This document shows, in pieces, positions 1 through 13,902 of a DNA stretch of 64,000 bases (positions within the stretch are counted from its first letter, which is position 1; each line of letters opens with the position of its first letter). Made by a program: the position numbers and the translations under genes. The notes below the pieces were generated by a model. The model was not told the DNA's origin. It was given only the letters and a program-made list of their open reading frames with translations, and ran no database searches. This DNA is from Psilocybe cubensis (taxonomy: Eukaryota): assembly GCA_017499595.2 (NCBI GenBank), contig CM039003.1:3534001-3598000 (forward strand). The letters run 5' to 3'.

Positions 1-3000
1 TTGTCCGTCAAAAACCAAATGTACGCTCACCTGGCATTTCATCGGTTCCAGTTGGCTGAATGGAACGCAAGGCATCGGCAAGAATCACACCCTGTGTTCC
101 AAACGGACTGAAAACGTAAGTCTTCAGCCAGTTGCATGCGCTCATGCCACGCAAATCGACGTTTTTGACAACAACATCCTGATATGTTTGTTAGAGGGTG
201 AAATAATTCTAGGGTTACTTTGGCGGGCCACTAACCGTCATGAACTGTGTCAGAAGCTTTAAGTGAAAAAATCACGTCAGCATTTGCCTCTATTGGGCAT
301 ACAGACGACCGACTGACTTGCATCTGTTCACACGTACATTGATCAAAAATCTTCGACAAGGAAAGGAAATACCTGAGCTCACCTCATAGACGTGCTCTTT
401 CGCATATCCGTCATCGTTCCGACTGGTAGTTCTAGCAGCGTACTGGAGATATGGGTAAGTGAGATAATGTATTGAGTGTAGCGAGAACCTCCTACAGAAT
501 TTCGTGCGCCCCAGTCTGCTGCGGTGGTGCTTAAACTAAGCACAAGAATTGAACGAAAATTCTTCAGGAAAAGGGATAGAGTTATTACTCATCAAGCTCG
601 AGTAAATCCCATATTCCGTCTGGCAGGGTATTTTGGTATGCTGAAAAACGGAGTAAGAATCGGAATGACCAACTTGGGAAATGAACTACGGGGAGGCTTA
701 ATGGTCAATCCCAGGCTACTTCTGGTTATGATTCCACAACGGGTCTCAGAAATTTTCAGGAAAGAGAAAGACGGCTTAAACTCACGGGCATCCTGTCACG
801 CTGACCCGACGTTCAAGATGGACTGCCCGACTTGTGTCAACTAAAATCGTCGCAGCTGACACATTCAAAATAATATACCTATATGTTCTTCGCTTCGGGT
901 TTCAAGTTCATCGTCACCGTCATCGGGATCGGGGTCAGGGACGCTGTCTGCGAGAGCGTCAGCACAACTTCCACTGGTTCCGTTATTTTCCTTCGGGTGT
1001 GGGCAGTCGAATAGGCCTGAGAACAAACCGCGAGACTCCAGACTACCTTCCCGAGCCTCGAAATATTGCAAATTACTCCCCGTACCCCCGTGACGTTTCT
1101 TCCTAAATGGCTTTGCCATGCTAAATCCAACGCTTTCATTTCCTGGTAAATCGCGGGGAGTATATATTGAGCGGCGAGCAGGGGAGTCCGAGAATGAGAT
1201 ACTAGTGCTATGAGTTTTACGCACAGTTAGCTGACTTCATATGACATTATGGAGGTTGCGGACCTGTACAAGTTATAGTCTTGATGGAAAAAGTTGAATG
1301 GACCAACCGTGCCTCCCAATCCAGACGCACCCTATGAAACGGTAAGGGATGATACAATAAACTTGTTGAAGTGTTGCACTTACAGCAAGGAAGTCGACTT
1401 GAGCGTCAATGCTAGCGTCAACTCCTTGTAAATTTGCATTAAAAGACATGACGAGAGCACCATCAACGGTAATGGTGGCTATTTCACACCATAGTCAGCT
1501 ATGTTTGCAAGTCAAAGAACACTAACTACCTTGTGCCCCTATTTCGAGCGGTGTCCCTGGGAATACAGTGAACACCGCTGCGGCTTCTGGTATAACATGA
1601 ACACTGGAATATCAATGTGCATAAGCTTATCAGAATGGGTGTTAACAGTGAATGAATACCCTAAGGATCCGCCAAGCTCGACATCTAGTGTGGGTTGTAT
1701 AGTCCACCCTAATAAAAAAAATATAGTCGATTGAAGTCAGCGCCAAAGATAGTCAAACTCACCATACTCTTGACCTGGAGCGGTATCGCTTCCCTTATCA
1801 ACCGGTGTCTGTGTCCCGCCTACGAGACCAAACGACACATGCCTGTGAAGGACGAATTGGATTAGTACTCCACGAACCATTCATCTCTTGTCTGTGGATA
1901 AAACAAACCCTTGGGGAAGCGTGTAGGCCGCAGTAGCTCCAAAGGTTCCAGACAAAGATAATTGGCCAATAATCTGGCCATCTTGTATTTCATAAATCAT
2001 CATTGACTAGAAACGTTTAATTTTGAAAGAAAACTTACAGATGTTAAATGTAGGTCCCACCGTTACTATAGATGGTATATATAGGTCAGGAAATACATCC
2101 GTAGATCTGCAAAGCAAGCTCACTAATTCCTGGCCATTTCAACTAGACACGGTGCATATTAGGAGGGGTCTATATCCTAGGAGTAAGATTGAGACTTACT
2201 CCTGGCCATGCAAGTTCCGGAACCAATGGTATTCTCCCTGTGTCATACTGAAGTTCGGCTCGGCCGGTTACAGCAAATCCAAGAGAAGCAGAAGCATCGG
2301 AATTCGCATAAACATAGGCAGAATCAACGTTAAGAGGGAAAAGAGATCCCTCCAAGTAAAATCCTGTATGTGAAATTGTGAGTTGAGGGCATGTAATTGA
2401 CATTAAATTGGATATTGACCGTAATTTAGATGAGCCCTTGCATTTCCTTGCGCTGTAACAGATATACTTGCATCAAAGGTCAAAGTACCGTCCTCACTCT
2501 CGCAGTGCTGACTGGCCGAGAAAAGGACACTAGAGAATGACTTTTGCATCACGAGATCAGCGCTTGTATCAGATTTGACTTTTGTAAGTCGCTTGAGCCA
2601 GTCATCAAAGCCACCAAACCACCGTTCCTCTAGATCTCTTCTTACAGATGATCCTGGATCTTGAATTATTTCTTAGACCTTGGTAAACACTTGGAAGAAG
2701 TCACGTTCCAGACTCACCAGCTGTATCAATTTCGGCCCAGTATCCAGGCAATGTAGTAACATCAGCACGAAGAAGAACTTCGCCGTCATCAGCTGTTCGA
2801 GTTTCCGACCTCCAACTAATTTCAGATAATATTATGTGTATGTTTGTAAACGGGGACATACATTAAGTGGAAGTTGTAGTCAAAATGCATTTCATAGACT
2901 GGATTTGCTTCTGGTTTGCGGCCAGCGTGCGTGTCAGGAACTGTCATATCAGGGTTGATTTCAAGATGAGCCAATCGAGCAAACGTCCCTCCGCATCCAG

Positions 3001-6000
3001 GAGGCATCTTGACAATTCTTTGCAAATAAAAAACTCGGTTTCAACTTTCTATCCGAGTGTTGTCAAAAGTGGACCTACGTATTTTTGGCACCTGATTCAA
3101 AAACCGCAGAACATCCCGACGTGGGATCATCCTCCGACTTACTGCAGAAAGCTGTTACTGTCTGGAGAGTATCACTGTTATCCTGACAACCCAGGATTAC
3201 CCAATCAGATGATATCCCAACGCTTGAAAGGAGGTTGGACGGTCCCTAGCATTAAAGTAAGTCATTTTTTTCAGGTATCAACACCACTACACCCACATCC
3301 AGTGCAAGCAATCCAAATGAGTTGTCATTGGCAGCATCACCGCCATTTGGAGCACTCTCGTCAATAGGGTCGTCTTGTAAATCCCAATCAAGGTCTCCAT
3401 CGGCTGGAGGATTAGGAAATAGATCAGCCTACTCAGTGAAAATGTCAAAGAAAAGAATGTGTATTGCTTGAATCTGCGAACCGGATTGAACGGAGAAGTT
3501 GTCGATGCACCTTTTGGTGGTGCACTGATAAAAGTCTCATTGAAAAGTCTTGATAACGGTCAAAACATTATACTTACCAGCACAGCTGTTTCTCTTGCAT
3601 GAAACATGCATGAAATATACCGGTATCTCCGTAATCTAGAATATAGACAATTAATAAGTGAGTCACACGCGCAAGAGTATTCCACGCACAATCTCTGTCT
3701 TTGACAAAGGTGCCGGTTGGGCAGACCTAATAGTAGGAATAAGTTGTGGGAATTATTTGGGAGTCATTTTCATCAAACCTACATTATCATTACAGCTTAA
3801 AAACGACAGCGGCGTAAGTTATACAAAAATATAGGTTGATGTATTTATGCATACTTTTTTGATTGGTGTCCTATAAACTGAATAAATGACTAGAATTTAC
3901 GTGACGAAGATTCAGAATTATCTCACCGTCTACAAATTCCATTAAATTATGACGCCGAAATCAGTATAAATTTTCTACAGGGTAGAATTCCAAGACAAAC
4001 GTACACCTGCGCGGAAGATTAGGATTCAAATTATCTATTTAGAGTTCAAATCAGTTTGTCTCACCATTGGCAGTCAGTTGCTTCATCAATTTGCTCGCTG
4101 CTTAATCCAGACTGGCAGCAAAATTCTTTGTGCCCAGAGCTACACTTATGGCCTGTACCCCAGGAGTCACTTGCCAATGAAATCTCCCCCGCTGTTGACT
4201 ATTATGTCATTCAAGAAATGTCTGGAGCAAATTGATGACATACGTTCACAAACACCGTTGCAGAATGGTGCAGTACCTCTCCACTGACAGCCTTTCGGTT
4301 GCTGACTATCAAAACATTATAATCTGTATCATACAATGCGTCTTCAGATAAACTCACTTAACAGGACAGCAAACTGGCTGCCCAACAGATTTTCCTCCGC
4401 AAGCTAATGACATGGTTAGTTTGGTACCAGACACACCAGTGAAAGAGTTTCACGTACCGCTTGTTGGATTGGCTACAAATTGTATGTTTTTAGCACGCTG
4501 TCTATAGAATGAATGTAATAGATATGGATATACCAAGCTTTCCGTCAGTTACATCTGCGATCCTTTGTTTAATTGACTGAAATGGGAACAATGTTCGTAA
4601 CACACCAGTCATCTGCACGTATCCTGAGGGACATTTTGAACCACATGTACCCAACATACAGTTCTGCCCATCACCAGAGTTCAAATCATGAGCTTTAGGG
4701 ATGTTGCCGTCTAACATGAGTCAGCCACATGAGCGGAATGGAGACAAATAAACAAGCACAACCTTGAATTGAAATACCAAGTAGGGCATTGTTCGCCTGA
4801 ATATTGATGAATGGGTCAGACAATGTTGTTGATTATGGGAGAAAAAGACTTACCGTGGAGCTAAACGGCAGGTCAGCATGATTTAAACATTATCATAGTC
4901 TTATAACATTGGATTGCGTGAACAACGACTTACTCGAAATCATCCAGATCAAGTGCCCACACCATGAGGCCACCTACAATACATATATAAAATGCTATCA
5001 GTGCTCAGAGTGATAGAACAAACCTAGTCCAGCTCCTTTGGCCCATGAAACCTTCGCCTGAAATGTAACAGCGTCGTCATAGCTCACCCAATTGTCCTTG
5101 ATTAAAGAGAAATGATAACTAGTGTTTTCAACTCGAAGAAAAAATGTTGATGTACTCACATCATCATAAACAAGGTATTTCACTTGTGCTGTTTTATCGT
5201 ACACGGGAGTGCTATTGGACTGTGCAACTATTTGCTCTATCTCCGCAAAGCTTAGAATACCATCAGAAGCAGTACAGGCTACAACGAGATCAGCCACGAA
5301 ACATTCATTGTGAATAAGAGGGGACTAACGTCCGCCGGGCGCAGGACCAGAGAAATGACATCCCGGTGTGGTGCAAGTGGGATCAGTCAGTTGGAAGGTA
5401 CGTCCATAGAAACCCATGCCGAGAACAATTTTCTCGAGAGGTACCCCAACTCTTTGGAACAATTGAACGGACTGAACTATCTCAGTGAGATTTGTATGGG
5501 CCTGGACAACGCTTCCAATGTAGACATCCTTCTCGTCCCATACACCATGAAGATCGTAGGACATCAGGTTGACCCAATCGGCGTAAGAGAGTAGACCCAA
5601 GAGATCGTAGTGCTGCAGATACCAGAAGGACGAGGGTGCTGTGAATGTGATTCCAAAGGTATGACCTGAAGCGTCGAACTACAAATCAAGAATTGAGTGT
5701 TAATCATAGCGCTTCCAAGAGGGTTCAAATTAAGACCTACGGTTTCGCGCATAGTTTTAAAAAGAGCCACCATGTTTTCCTTATCAGCCGGTACACCTCC
5801 ACGCTCACAGGCCACTGAATTATGACGCCTCATCAGAAAGGACCGTAAAAATGGGGGACTAATACAAACCTGGGTATTCCCAGTCGCTATATGTCAATGG
5901 TGTGAGTTTGAGTCCTACTTCATATATAGATAACATACATATCTACCCCATCGAATCCATACTGAACCATAAAACTAAATTATTTAAATGTGAGAAACAT

Positions 6001-7354
6001 CCCAACAAGTGAGAGGCCCTCTACATACCTCACTAATGATTTCGCAAATGCTCGCTGATTTACCAAGCTAGATGCCGTATCACTAAAGACATGCTGAGTA
6101 GGTGGATCGTTGAACGACCAGCCCCCAACGGAGATATAAGTTTTGAGATTAGGGTTTGCCTGCTTAAGCCCTGTAAACGCGGTATAATTGGGAATGTCAT
6201 CAGCTAATGCTGGAACGACTTCAAATGTATTCTTCCCAATAACATAAGTTTCCGATCGTAGACCACATTGTTTGAAATTAACAATACTCACTGGATCAAT
6301 GGATGCAAAAGCATAGTTAAGGTGGGTATAGCCGGAAGCAGGTATATTCTGAGGGAACCTACGGTTTTCCAGGGCCCGATGGATAACTTGAAACATGTCG
6401 AACAGCGTAGCGCCTTACCATGCATCACAAACACGACTTGATGCCCTGTACTGTATTCAGAAATGGCTACACATAAAAAATACTTGTATTCATAACGTAC
6501 CATCCCTAAGAATTGATCAGCTGACAGAAAGAGAATCAGGGATACCATGAATACCTCGTAATAGCCGATAACCCTAGATGTTACATCGCTATTAACCCCC
6601 GTCGGTATCTTAGGCTGACCACAGTTTGGTCCTGTGCACCCAGTCCCACAAAAATCATCGGTTGTTCCGCACTGACAAAATTTGCCAAGTCCAACAAAGT
6701 CAAATAATTCGAACAATTGGAATACATACAAAGCCAAATTGACTGCAGCAGACGTTCAAAGCACAAATACTATTCCCGGGTGCAGCATTGGGGCCACATT
6801 CAGCAAGAGCGTCGCAGTTACTCAAGCAACCAACACCGCAGAAAGTGGAACCTGGCTAAGAATTAGAGTCAGGTCAAAGGTACAATTAATGAATATCTTA
6901 CCATATCCACAAAAACCGGATGGTCCACTAGAGACAAGGAATTAGCGACAGCAAGCATGGAGTCGAGAGTTTGTAAGAGATACCAGCAAGCGCCGTTCGG
7001 ACATGGGCGACCTGCCCCACAAGAACCGTCAAAACCGGGCGGCGTGATAGTGACATTGTTGCACGAGAGATTTAAATCCTGTCGTTTGTTGAAGTGGTTG
7101 GACGTTCGGGCAGAAGACGTGCGGTAATCCAAGGTTCGCGGTGCTGTCTGGGTGCTGCGAGGAGAATATGAGGCTGATCTTGACCTCTTTACGATGTCCC
7201 TTTTTCTCTTGTAATCAGCTGCTAGGTTTCGTCGATACCTTTCAACCGAAGGTGTAACATCAACAAGCTTGAGTGCAAAGACTTCAACATATGATAGAAG
7301 TAAGATGAGCGATACAATGCCCGCTAGTCCAGAACGGAAAAGCCGTAGTCGCAT
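1..7354 (-). CDS. Secreted GH18 chitinase, subgroup C / killer-toxin-like, with hevein (CBM18) modules and long C-terminal extension; multi-intron, 3' end outside window
   Basis: ATG at 7354 starts a signal-peptide-like MRLRLFRSGLAGIVSLILLLSYVEVFA. Cys-rich hevein-type modules (SCGAGRPCPNGACC, NVCCSQFGFCGTTDDFCGTGC). GH18 motifs YTHLNYAFASIDP, KTYISVGGWSFND, spliced YGFDGVDIDWEYP (about 5870-5965), VNLMSYDLHGVWD, KIVLGMGFYGRTF, NWVSYDD. Exon-like sequence continues to position 1. Confidence 0.92.
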
Positions 7355-8555
7355 GGCGTCCAGTTGGGATTTATCGAACGACAAGAGAAGAGACACTCGC
7401 TTTGAATATCTAGCAAAATTAATCTGAGAGATCCTTTATTACTTGCTGCTGTATTTAGTCATTAACCAGATCGTAAGATTCAGTGCCGAACAAGACAAGA
7501 TATAATTACTCGCCTTCCTCTACGTGACGTGGCATCAGACCGGAGTGGCTGGACCGTTTTATTGACAACCTGTTGACGCCCACGGGAGAACAAGGAGAGT
7601 ATATGTCATGCCCAAGTGTCATGAGGAGCCCCAAATATCATGACGAGCATTGAGAAGACTCGACCAGAATGTAGAAATGGCAATTGACAAAGTAATGGGA
7701 ATCCTTGAACCCAGCCACGTCACAAGCCTATATACACGGTGTTAATCAACGCTGCGGACAGAAAAGGACCTTTATCTGCTAATTAAGTAGGTTGAAAGTT
7801 GTTCGCTTGGGCGTGCTTAATTCCGGGTGTAGCCTTCTAAAAAATGGTTTGAGAGGATCAAGCACCAGAGTTTGAGCGGGCTTCCATGGTTGAATCCAGC
7901 GTTGCTACCACAAAATTCGTGGGGTATTCCCATACAGATTTATCGTTTCCAGGACCGGATATAGTGTAGGAGTTGGTCGAAACTCAATAGAACCGTCAAA
8001 GTTGAAACAGGTGAAACAAGGTTTCCACACGTTGGATATCTGGTCGGCGCGGTCGGCGGCCTTCCCACGGATAATCTCTGAGAACCAACGGATAGTGGAC
8101 CGCTATTGGCGCTTCTTAGGGAATCTTTAAAGCCTGAAGTTTCTTAACATAAACCACCTGAGCACTCGACAAGTATCCTGTGCTATTCCACGTTCGGAAA
8201 TATCCCGAGTCTGACCAGTACCCAGAAAATTAAATACCCTGAAGGCCGATTAGCAATTTTTCGACCATTAATAAATACACGACCTTGTGGTAGTAATTTA
8301 AATAGCAACCTATGTAGCCTATTAATACGATCCGTGAGTGGGCATTGAGCATTGATAGACGGGAACCATGCTCTTCATTCCAATTCACTCTGACAGCTAG
8401 GCGCTCAAGTGACTAATTTGCTCAACAATAATCCATGTAGAGCACGGTTACTGTAATGAGGAGCACACGCCACGTGGCGGCGTGCTCCTACCCTCTTAAT
8501 GGGTTTTACAAAATGCTCGAATCTATCTGTGGCCCACCCTCTTTGAGAATCCACT
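7355..8555. promoter_or_regulatory. Probable shared bidirectional promoter of the chitinase and LysM genes
   Basis: 1.2-kb intergenic region between two head-to-head start codons. No specific binding sites identified. Confidence 0.5.
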
Positions 8556-11500
8556 ATGGCCTTAATGGCCCTCTTTTTGTTAGCATATTTTCTCACTTCT
8601 GGGAGAGCCCAAACACAGGCGACATTTTCTATATTCTCCAATGCATCCGACATCTATCCTCTCCCTTCAGACCCAAACTGCGCCAATGCACTTGCTACAC
8701 AGTTTCAGTGCGATAGCACAATTGCATTTACAATTCCGAGTTCTGCGTCACCTCTACCAAACCTCACCTCATCTGATTTGTCGTCGTTATGCACCCCTAC
8801 TTGCTTTTCTTCGCTTGCAAATACAATTAAAGACATCGATACGGTCTGTTCAGGATGGCCATATATACTGGGAGATACAAGCTACATCCCATCTTTTCCG
8901 TTTGTATTGAACATTTGGATCAAGCGGAACAAAGTATTGACAAACCGCCTCTCAAAATCTATAGGGTTCGCTGGCTTCAGTATCATTTAAACCTGGTATT
9001 TTCGAGCCAATCTAGTTAGCCACGTACCTCCCTAAACCAAAATTCCAGTCCTGTGTCATGTCGGGATCCACATTTTGTCTTAACATTGCTCAAGTGAGTT
9101 TGTCATGACAACTGCCTCGAGAGCGTGTGTGATTAAGACACTTTTTAGAATTCGACCTCAACAACCGATACCTCACTACTTACTTTACCGAAATCTGAGC
9201 TCTGCTCTACGTGTACCATTCAACCCTTAGCAGTTCAAATGGAAAGCTCCTTTGGGTGGGATTCAAATTTGTAAGTTATCATCTAGCTGGGTGCACAAAA
9301 TCTGATAATGTCCTGGGAAGCGTTCAAAATTGGACTGCGATACAGACTGAATGCGGAGTCTCGTTCGACAATACTATTCCACCGAGTCTTCTACTGAACG
9401 AAATCAATGCCAATGCTACAACATACAATGTCACTGCGTGAGCCAACATCTAACTTTTACACCATACTTTTTCTTAGCGTTGTTAATTTTACCAGGAAAC
9501 CAATGGTTGCACCAGCATCCGCAGATAACTGCGTTTTCAGTACCTATACAGTACAGGTACGCTGAATGCACTAAACGGTCCTGCAACTTATCCAACCTCC
9601 AAGTCTAGAACGGAGACACATGTCAATCCATTGCACAAAGTCACAGCCTCTCGTATGACCAACTAATATCGGTCAACGGGCTGGACGTCAATTGTACCAC
9701 GCTTCCAGCCGTTGGACAGCCCATATGTCTCCCTGGATTCTGCACCCTTTACACAGTACAAGCGAATGATACATGTGTTACGATTTATCAGGCAAACAAC
9801 ATTGGCTGGACACAGCTCATTGCATGGAACCCGTGTGTCTGCATGTTTGTAAACATCGTCTCTAGCTCTGAATCGTCGTTTCATGCATCTAGGCAACTTG
9901 ATAGCTATTGCTCCAATATCGATAGCCAAGTCGGGAAAGGGATATGTATTAGTCCGCCTGGGGGTGGATATACACCGACTACGACGGTGCCAATTGTCAC
10001 AGGTGACTCCATATCTACTAGGTTCGATCACGATGTTAAGGCATTTTGTCAAATTAGGGTCGCCCACTGCTATTGCGTATGGATTTTAAGTATTTCGAAA
10101 CAAATTTATCTGATGTAGCTAATGCAGTACACCTACTGCCGCAATCGCTCCAGGCTCTGACCGCGAATGCGGTCTTTGGTACCAAGCAGTGGCAGGAGGT
10201 GAGCCAGTGCTTTGTCAATGCTGGTACTTCGGATTTACCCCTGTTACAAGACACTTGCCCACAAATAGTACAGCATTTCCAAATTACGAACGACACTTTC
10301 TATGAGGTGAGCCATCTTCTCCACTTTATTTCCAACGTAAATTCGTAATTAATATTTACCGTGTAGTTGAACCCCTCTCTAGACCAAAATGTGAGTCGGC
10401 AGACCGTAATCTTTGGGTGTCTGTGTCTGAACACATTGTCACATAGTGCGATAATCTGCTAGCAGGGTTTGACTATTGCGTCGCCGCTTTTCAAGGTGTG
10501 TCTCGACGAAGATCATTCTATATCGTATACCACAATCTAAATAAATTTGTGAGAAGATACTTCTGAAACAACAACGACTCCTCTGCCTACATCCACCTTC
10601 GCGTCTATGATAAATTATTTCAGTGAGGATTGATCAGTAATAGGTGCCAAAACCTAGCACTGATACCTTTATATGATTCAGATGGCTCCGATTTCCCAGT
10701 GGGTACAGGATTTGCCCAGGTAACTACCACCGGAAATGTCAGCGCTTCCCCGGTGACCGTCCCACCAACTGCCCCTACTCGGACCCAACAAGTTATCATT
10801 CCCCCTACAATTGCCCCAGGAACGATAGATAATAGCACATGTCTTCGATGTAAGCCGTAAACTATCTAACAAGCTCTATACTCACTCGATTTCACGGCGT
10901 ACATGAAGACTACACTGTCCAACCGGGTGATACTTGCTTCGGGATTGAAGTTATATTCAATATCCAGGATAGTTGGTTCCATCAGTGGAACCCACAGGTC
11001 TGCATTGCTTTATTTCTACATGGCCAATTACGCGAGCTGAGACCCGATTAGGTCAACTCGGAATGCACTAACATAGAGGTGGAAAGACCGTGTTCTACTG
11101 ATCCCTGTAGTAATTCATGACTGACTACCACTTAGGTCGGACTGGCGTATTGTGTATATGGGCCGATTACATTCACGACTCCCATCATCACGCTTCTACC
11201 AACATCGACTGTTGCATCCTCGACTGTCTCAGCTTCTAGCCCTACCTCTGGGATTCCATCAAGCACTCCGACGAATATTGCGAGTGGTACGATCACAACG
11301 GGATGCTTAGGTCTGTCCAGTCTGTAAGCTCCTTCAGCTCGCCCTATTAACGTCTTGAAAAATGTCAGAATATTACACAGTTCAGTGCGTCGCTGTATTC
11401 TTCATTGATCAATCGGCAACAATTAAGATTCATTCACAGATCTGGTGATTTCTGCGGAAAGATAGACGATCAATTCGGGATCACACTAGACCAACTGCTT

Positions 11501-12406
11501 ACTTGGAATCCTGAAATGTAACATTCTTTCAGTTCCTTTTTAAGTCCTCATATTAACGTCAGAGCTGAATAGTAATTCTGGATGTGAGCCTAGGCCTCTA
11601 ATTCAGCGTCTTTATTTCGACTGACAGGACCTGGAAGGCACAAATATTCAAGTAGGTTTGGCGTACTGTGTCAGCGGCCCAGCGAGCACAGTTTCTTCCA
11701 GTTCAACACCTGTACCAAGTCCAACAGCCTCTGGAACAATGTAAGCTGCCAGCGTGTCTAGTATCTCGTGATATGACTGATCGAAATGGTTGCAAATAGA
11801 ACCGTCGGATGCACTGAATACTACACCGTTGTGTAAGTTCAATTTAAAAATTGCTTGAGTCGTACGTTAACAGTCCACCAGCTCAGGCGACTCATGCCCA
11901 GCGATAGAGTCAAAATTCTCTATAACGTTTGCGCAATTCCAACAATGGAATCCAGAAGTTGACGCTAACTGTGAGTCGGCTCCGCCATAAAAGGCTCACC
12001 ATCTAACCCACACGCACATAGGCGACAATATCTTCGTTGGGCTTCAATACTGTGTTGCTGGTCGTGAGTATCCAAACAACGCAACCATATAATCCATATA
12101 CTTACCTTGATCTAGCGGCGTCCACAAGCACGATCACCACTTCCCCAGCTGCAAGCCCAACGGCAAGTGGCACAATTACACCGGCACAGGGGTGCAAGCT
12201 ATATTACACCACAGTCTCTGGAGATTTCTGCTTCAAGATCGAGACCCAATTCAATATCACCTTGGCGCAGTTCTTGGAATGGAATCCCGAGATTAATTCT
12301 GATTGCACTAACCTTCAACTGGGGCTCGAAGTAGGTGATTCGCAGATCCATCCATGTCAAAATGCTGATGGCCGGACATTACTAGTACTGTGTTTCTGGT
12401 CCTTGA
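8556..12406 (+). CDS. Secreted multi-LysM chitin-binding protein (about 7 LysM domains), multi-intron
   Basis: Signal peptide [18 protein letters not shown] and a Cys-rich N-terminal domain, then repeated fungal LysM units such as YTVQANDTC...LIAWNP and [52 protein letters not shown]-stop, separated by S/T/P linkers. Confidence 0.92.
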
Positions 12407-12432
12407 GAGTGGCCTTTTTTTTGATATATACA

Positions 12433-12533
12433 GTATGAGGATGAACACAATGAACACACACTGCTCATCTACCAAATTTTCTCTTGTCTGATATCACCCA
12501 AATCTAAATCACTGCCTCGTAAGCTGAGTGGGT
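12433..12533 (+). repeat. 101-bp direct repeat, copy 1
   Basis: gtatgaggatgaacacaatgaacac...gtaagctgagtgggt recurs at 18495-18595 with about 5 mismatches. Confidence 0.9.
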
Positions 12534-13902
12534 TGTAGGAACCGGTATGGTGCTGGGGACGGAACAAAGAATGAACAGACCTTGGTTATTCGAAGGGGGA
12601 CCTTGAAGGACCCCAGTGGAATATACCCTCTGAGCCTCACAATCTTCTTGCTCCTGCATCGCTCTCTAAGCTTAGCTGGCTACTGAAGAAATTCAAGCAA
12701 CTCCGCACACCACTCACAACAAATTTACGCATCAAATTTTGCTCAATTACTCTCGCGCGCGCTACTTTGAGTTGTGCTTGTTAGTCCGTACGTTTACGCG
12801 TCTAATACCGTCTCGCTCCCGCTCACCTCGTAGTTCGGCACGGGTGGTATAGTATGCGGTTACACCCTCCATCAGCGTTGCGCGTACCTCTCTGGTTTCA
12901 TCTTCTCTTTCGTTTTGATTTTGATTTTGGTTATTTCTAAAACAAGGAATAATGATAGTAAGATCAAGAGAGACAACACGAACGCAAACACATACACGAG
13001 CACGAGCACAAGCACGATGACAGGGATGTCTGTAAACTCGACGCCGACATGCTCTTTGAATGCGCAGGTGTTGACCTCAATATTGACGTGTACGGGTCTG
13101 GATCGAATTATGTTGTAGATTTGGTGGGTGTGGAAGAAACCCATAAAAATGAAAACACTGGTGTACGCAAGAATTCATACGCACCAGAGGCAGCATTCGT
13201 ATCTGTGTACTACACGGATGACGGGAATGCGCAGATAAACTGTGCCTTGAGGCACAGAGCTGAGCATACGGCGGCCGTCGAGAGTCAAATTCCAGAGCCG
13301 CCTTGCAAAGCAATTTGAGGATGTCACACTTTCGGGCGCAGCACAGATGAAGAGCGGCAGAAATACGATACGTGCCAGTTTTTAGAAATTATACGACCTA
13401 CACAGAGGTTGTACGGCACTGGTATAGGCCACCAGTGGGGTCGTGGTAAACCAGTCAATAAAAAACACAGACACACAGACAATCACATGTTCTGTGCTGT
13501 GAGTCGACACCCAGGTACACACTCAGAGGCACGAGAGACCCATTTTCCAGCCAGCCCGAGACTCAGACTCAAATACAGCCATAGAGACGACCACGGCGTT
13601 CGCTATGTATACAGGGTCAACGTCCAGTCCCGAGTGCCGATGGAAACAAAACACTAAAAAGAACTTTCCAGACAGCAAGATAGGGACGACAGACACTCCC
13701 GTAGCGCTTAGCTGCTCAAATCAGATAACCATCGCACCACAGCGCAGGAGATGGCGTATTATATGCACGCAAAGTAGAGTCAAAGCACACACCTGCAAAA
13801 CCACTGTACAACCCTCCTACACGCCTGCATGCACATCGAGCTTCTCGAAGGGAGCAACCGCATCACCATGTACACCAAGACACCGTCCTCAGACCTGTAA
13901 AC

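Noticed and set aside
12534-12721. Possible short solo LTR (TG...CA)
   Set aside because: No TSD, terminal inverted repeat or second copy.
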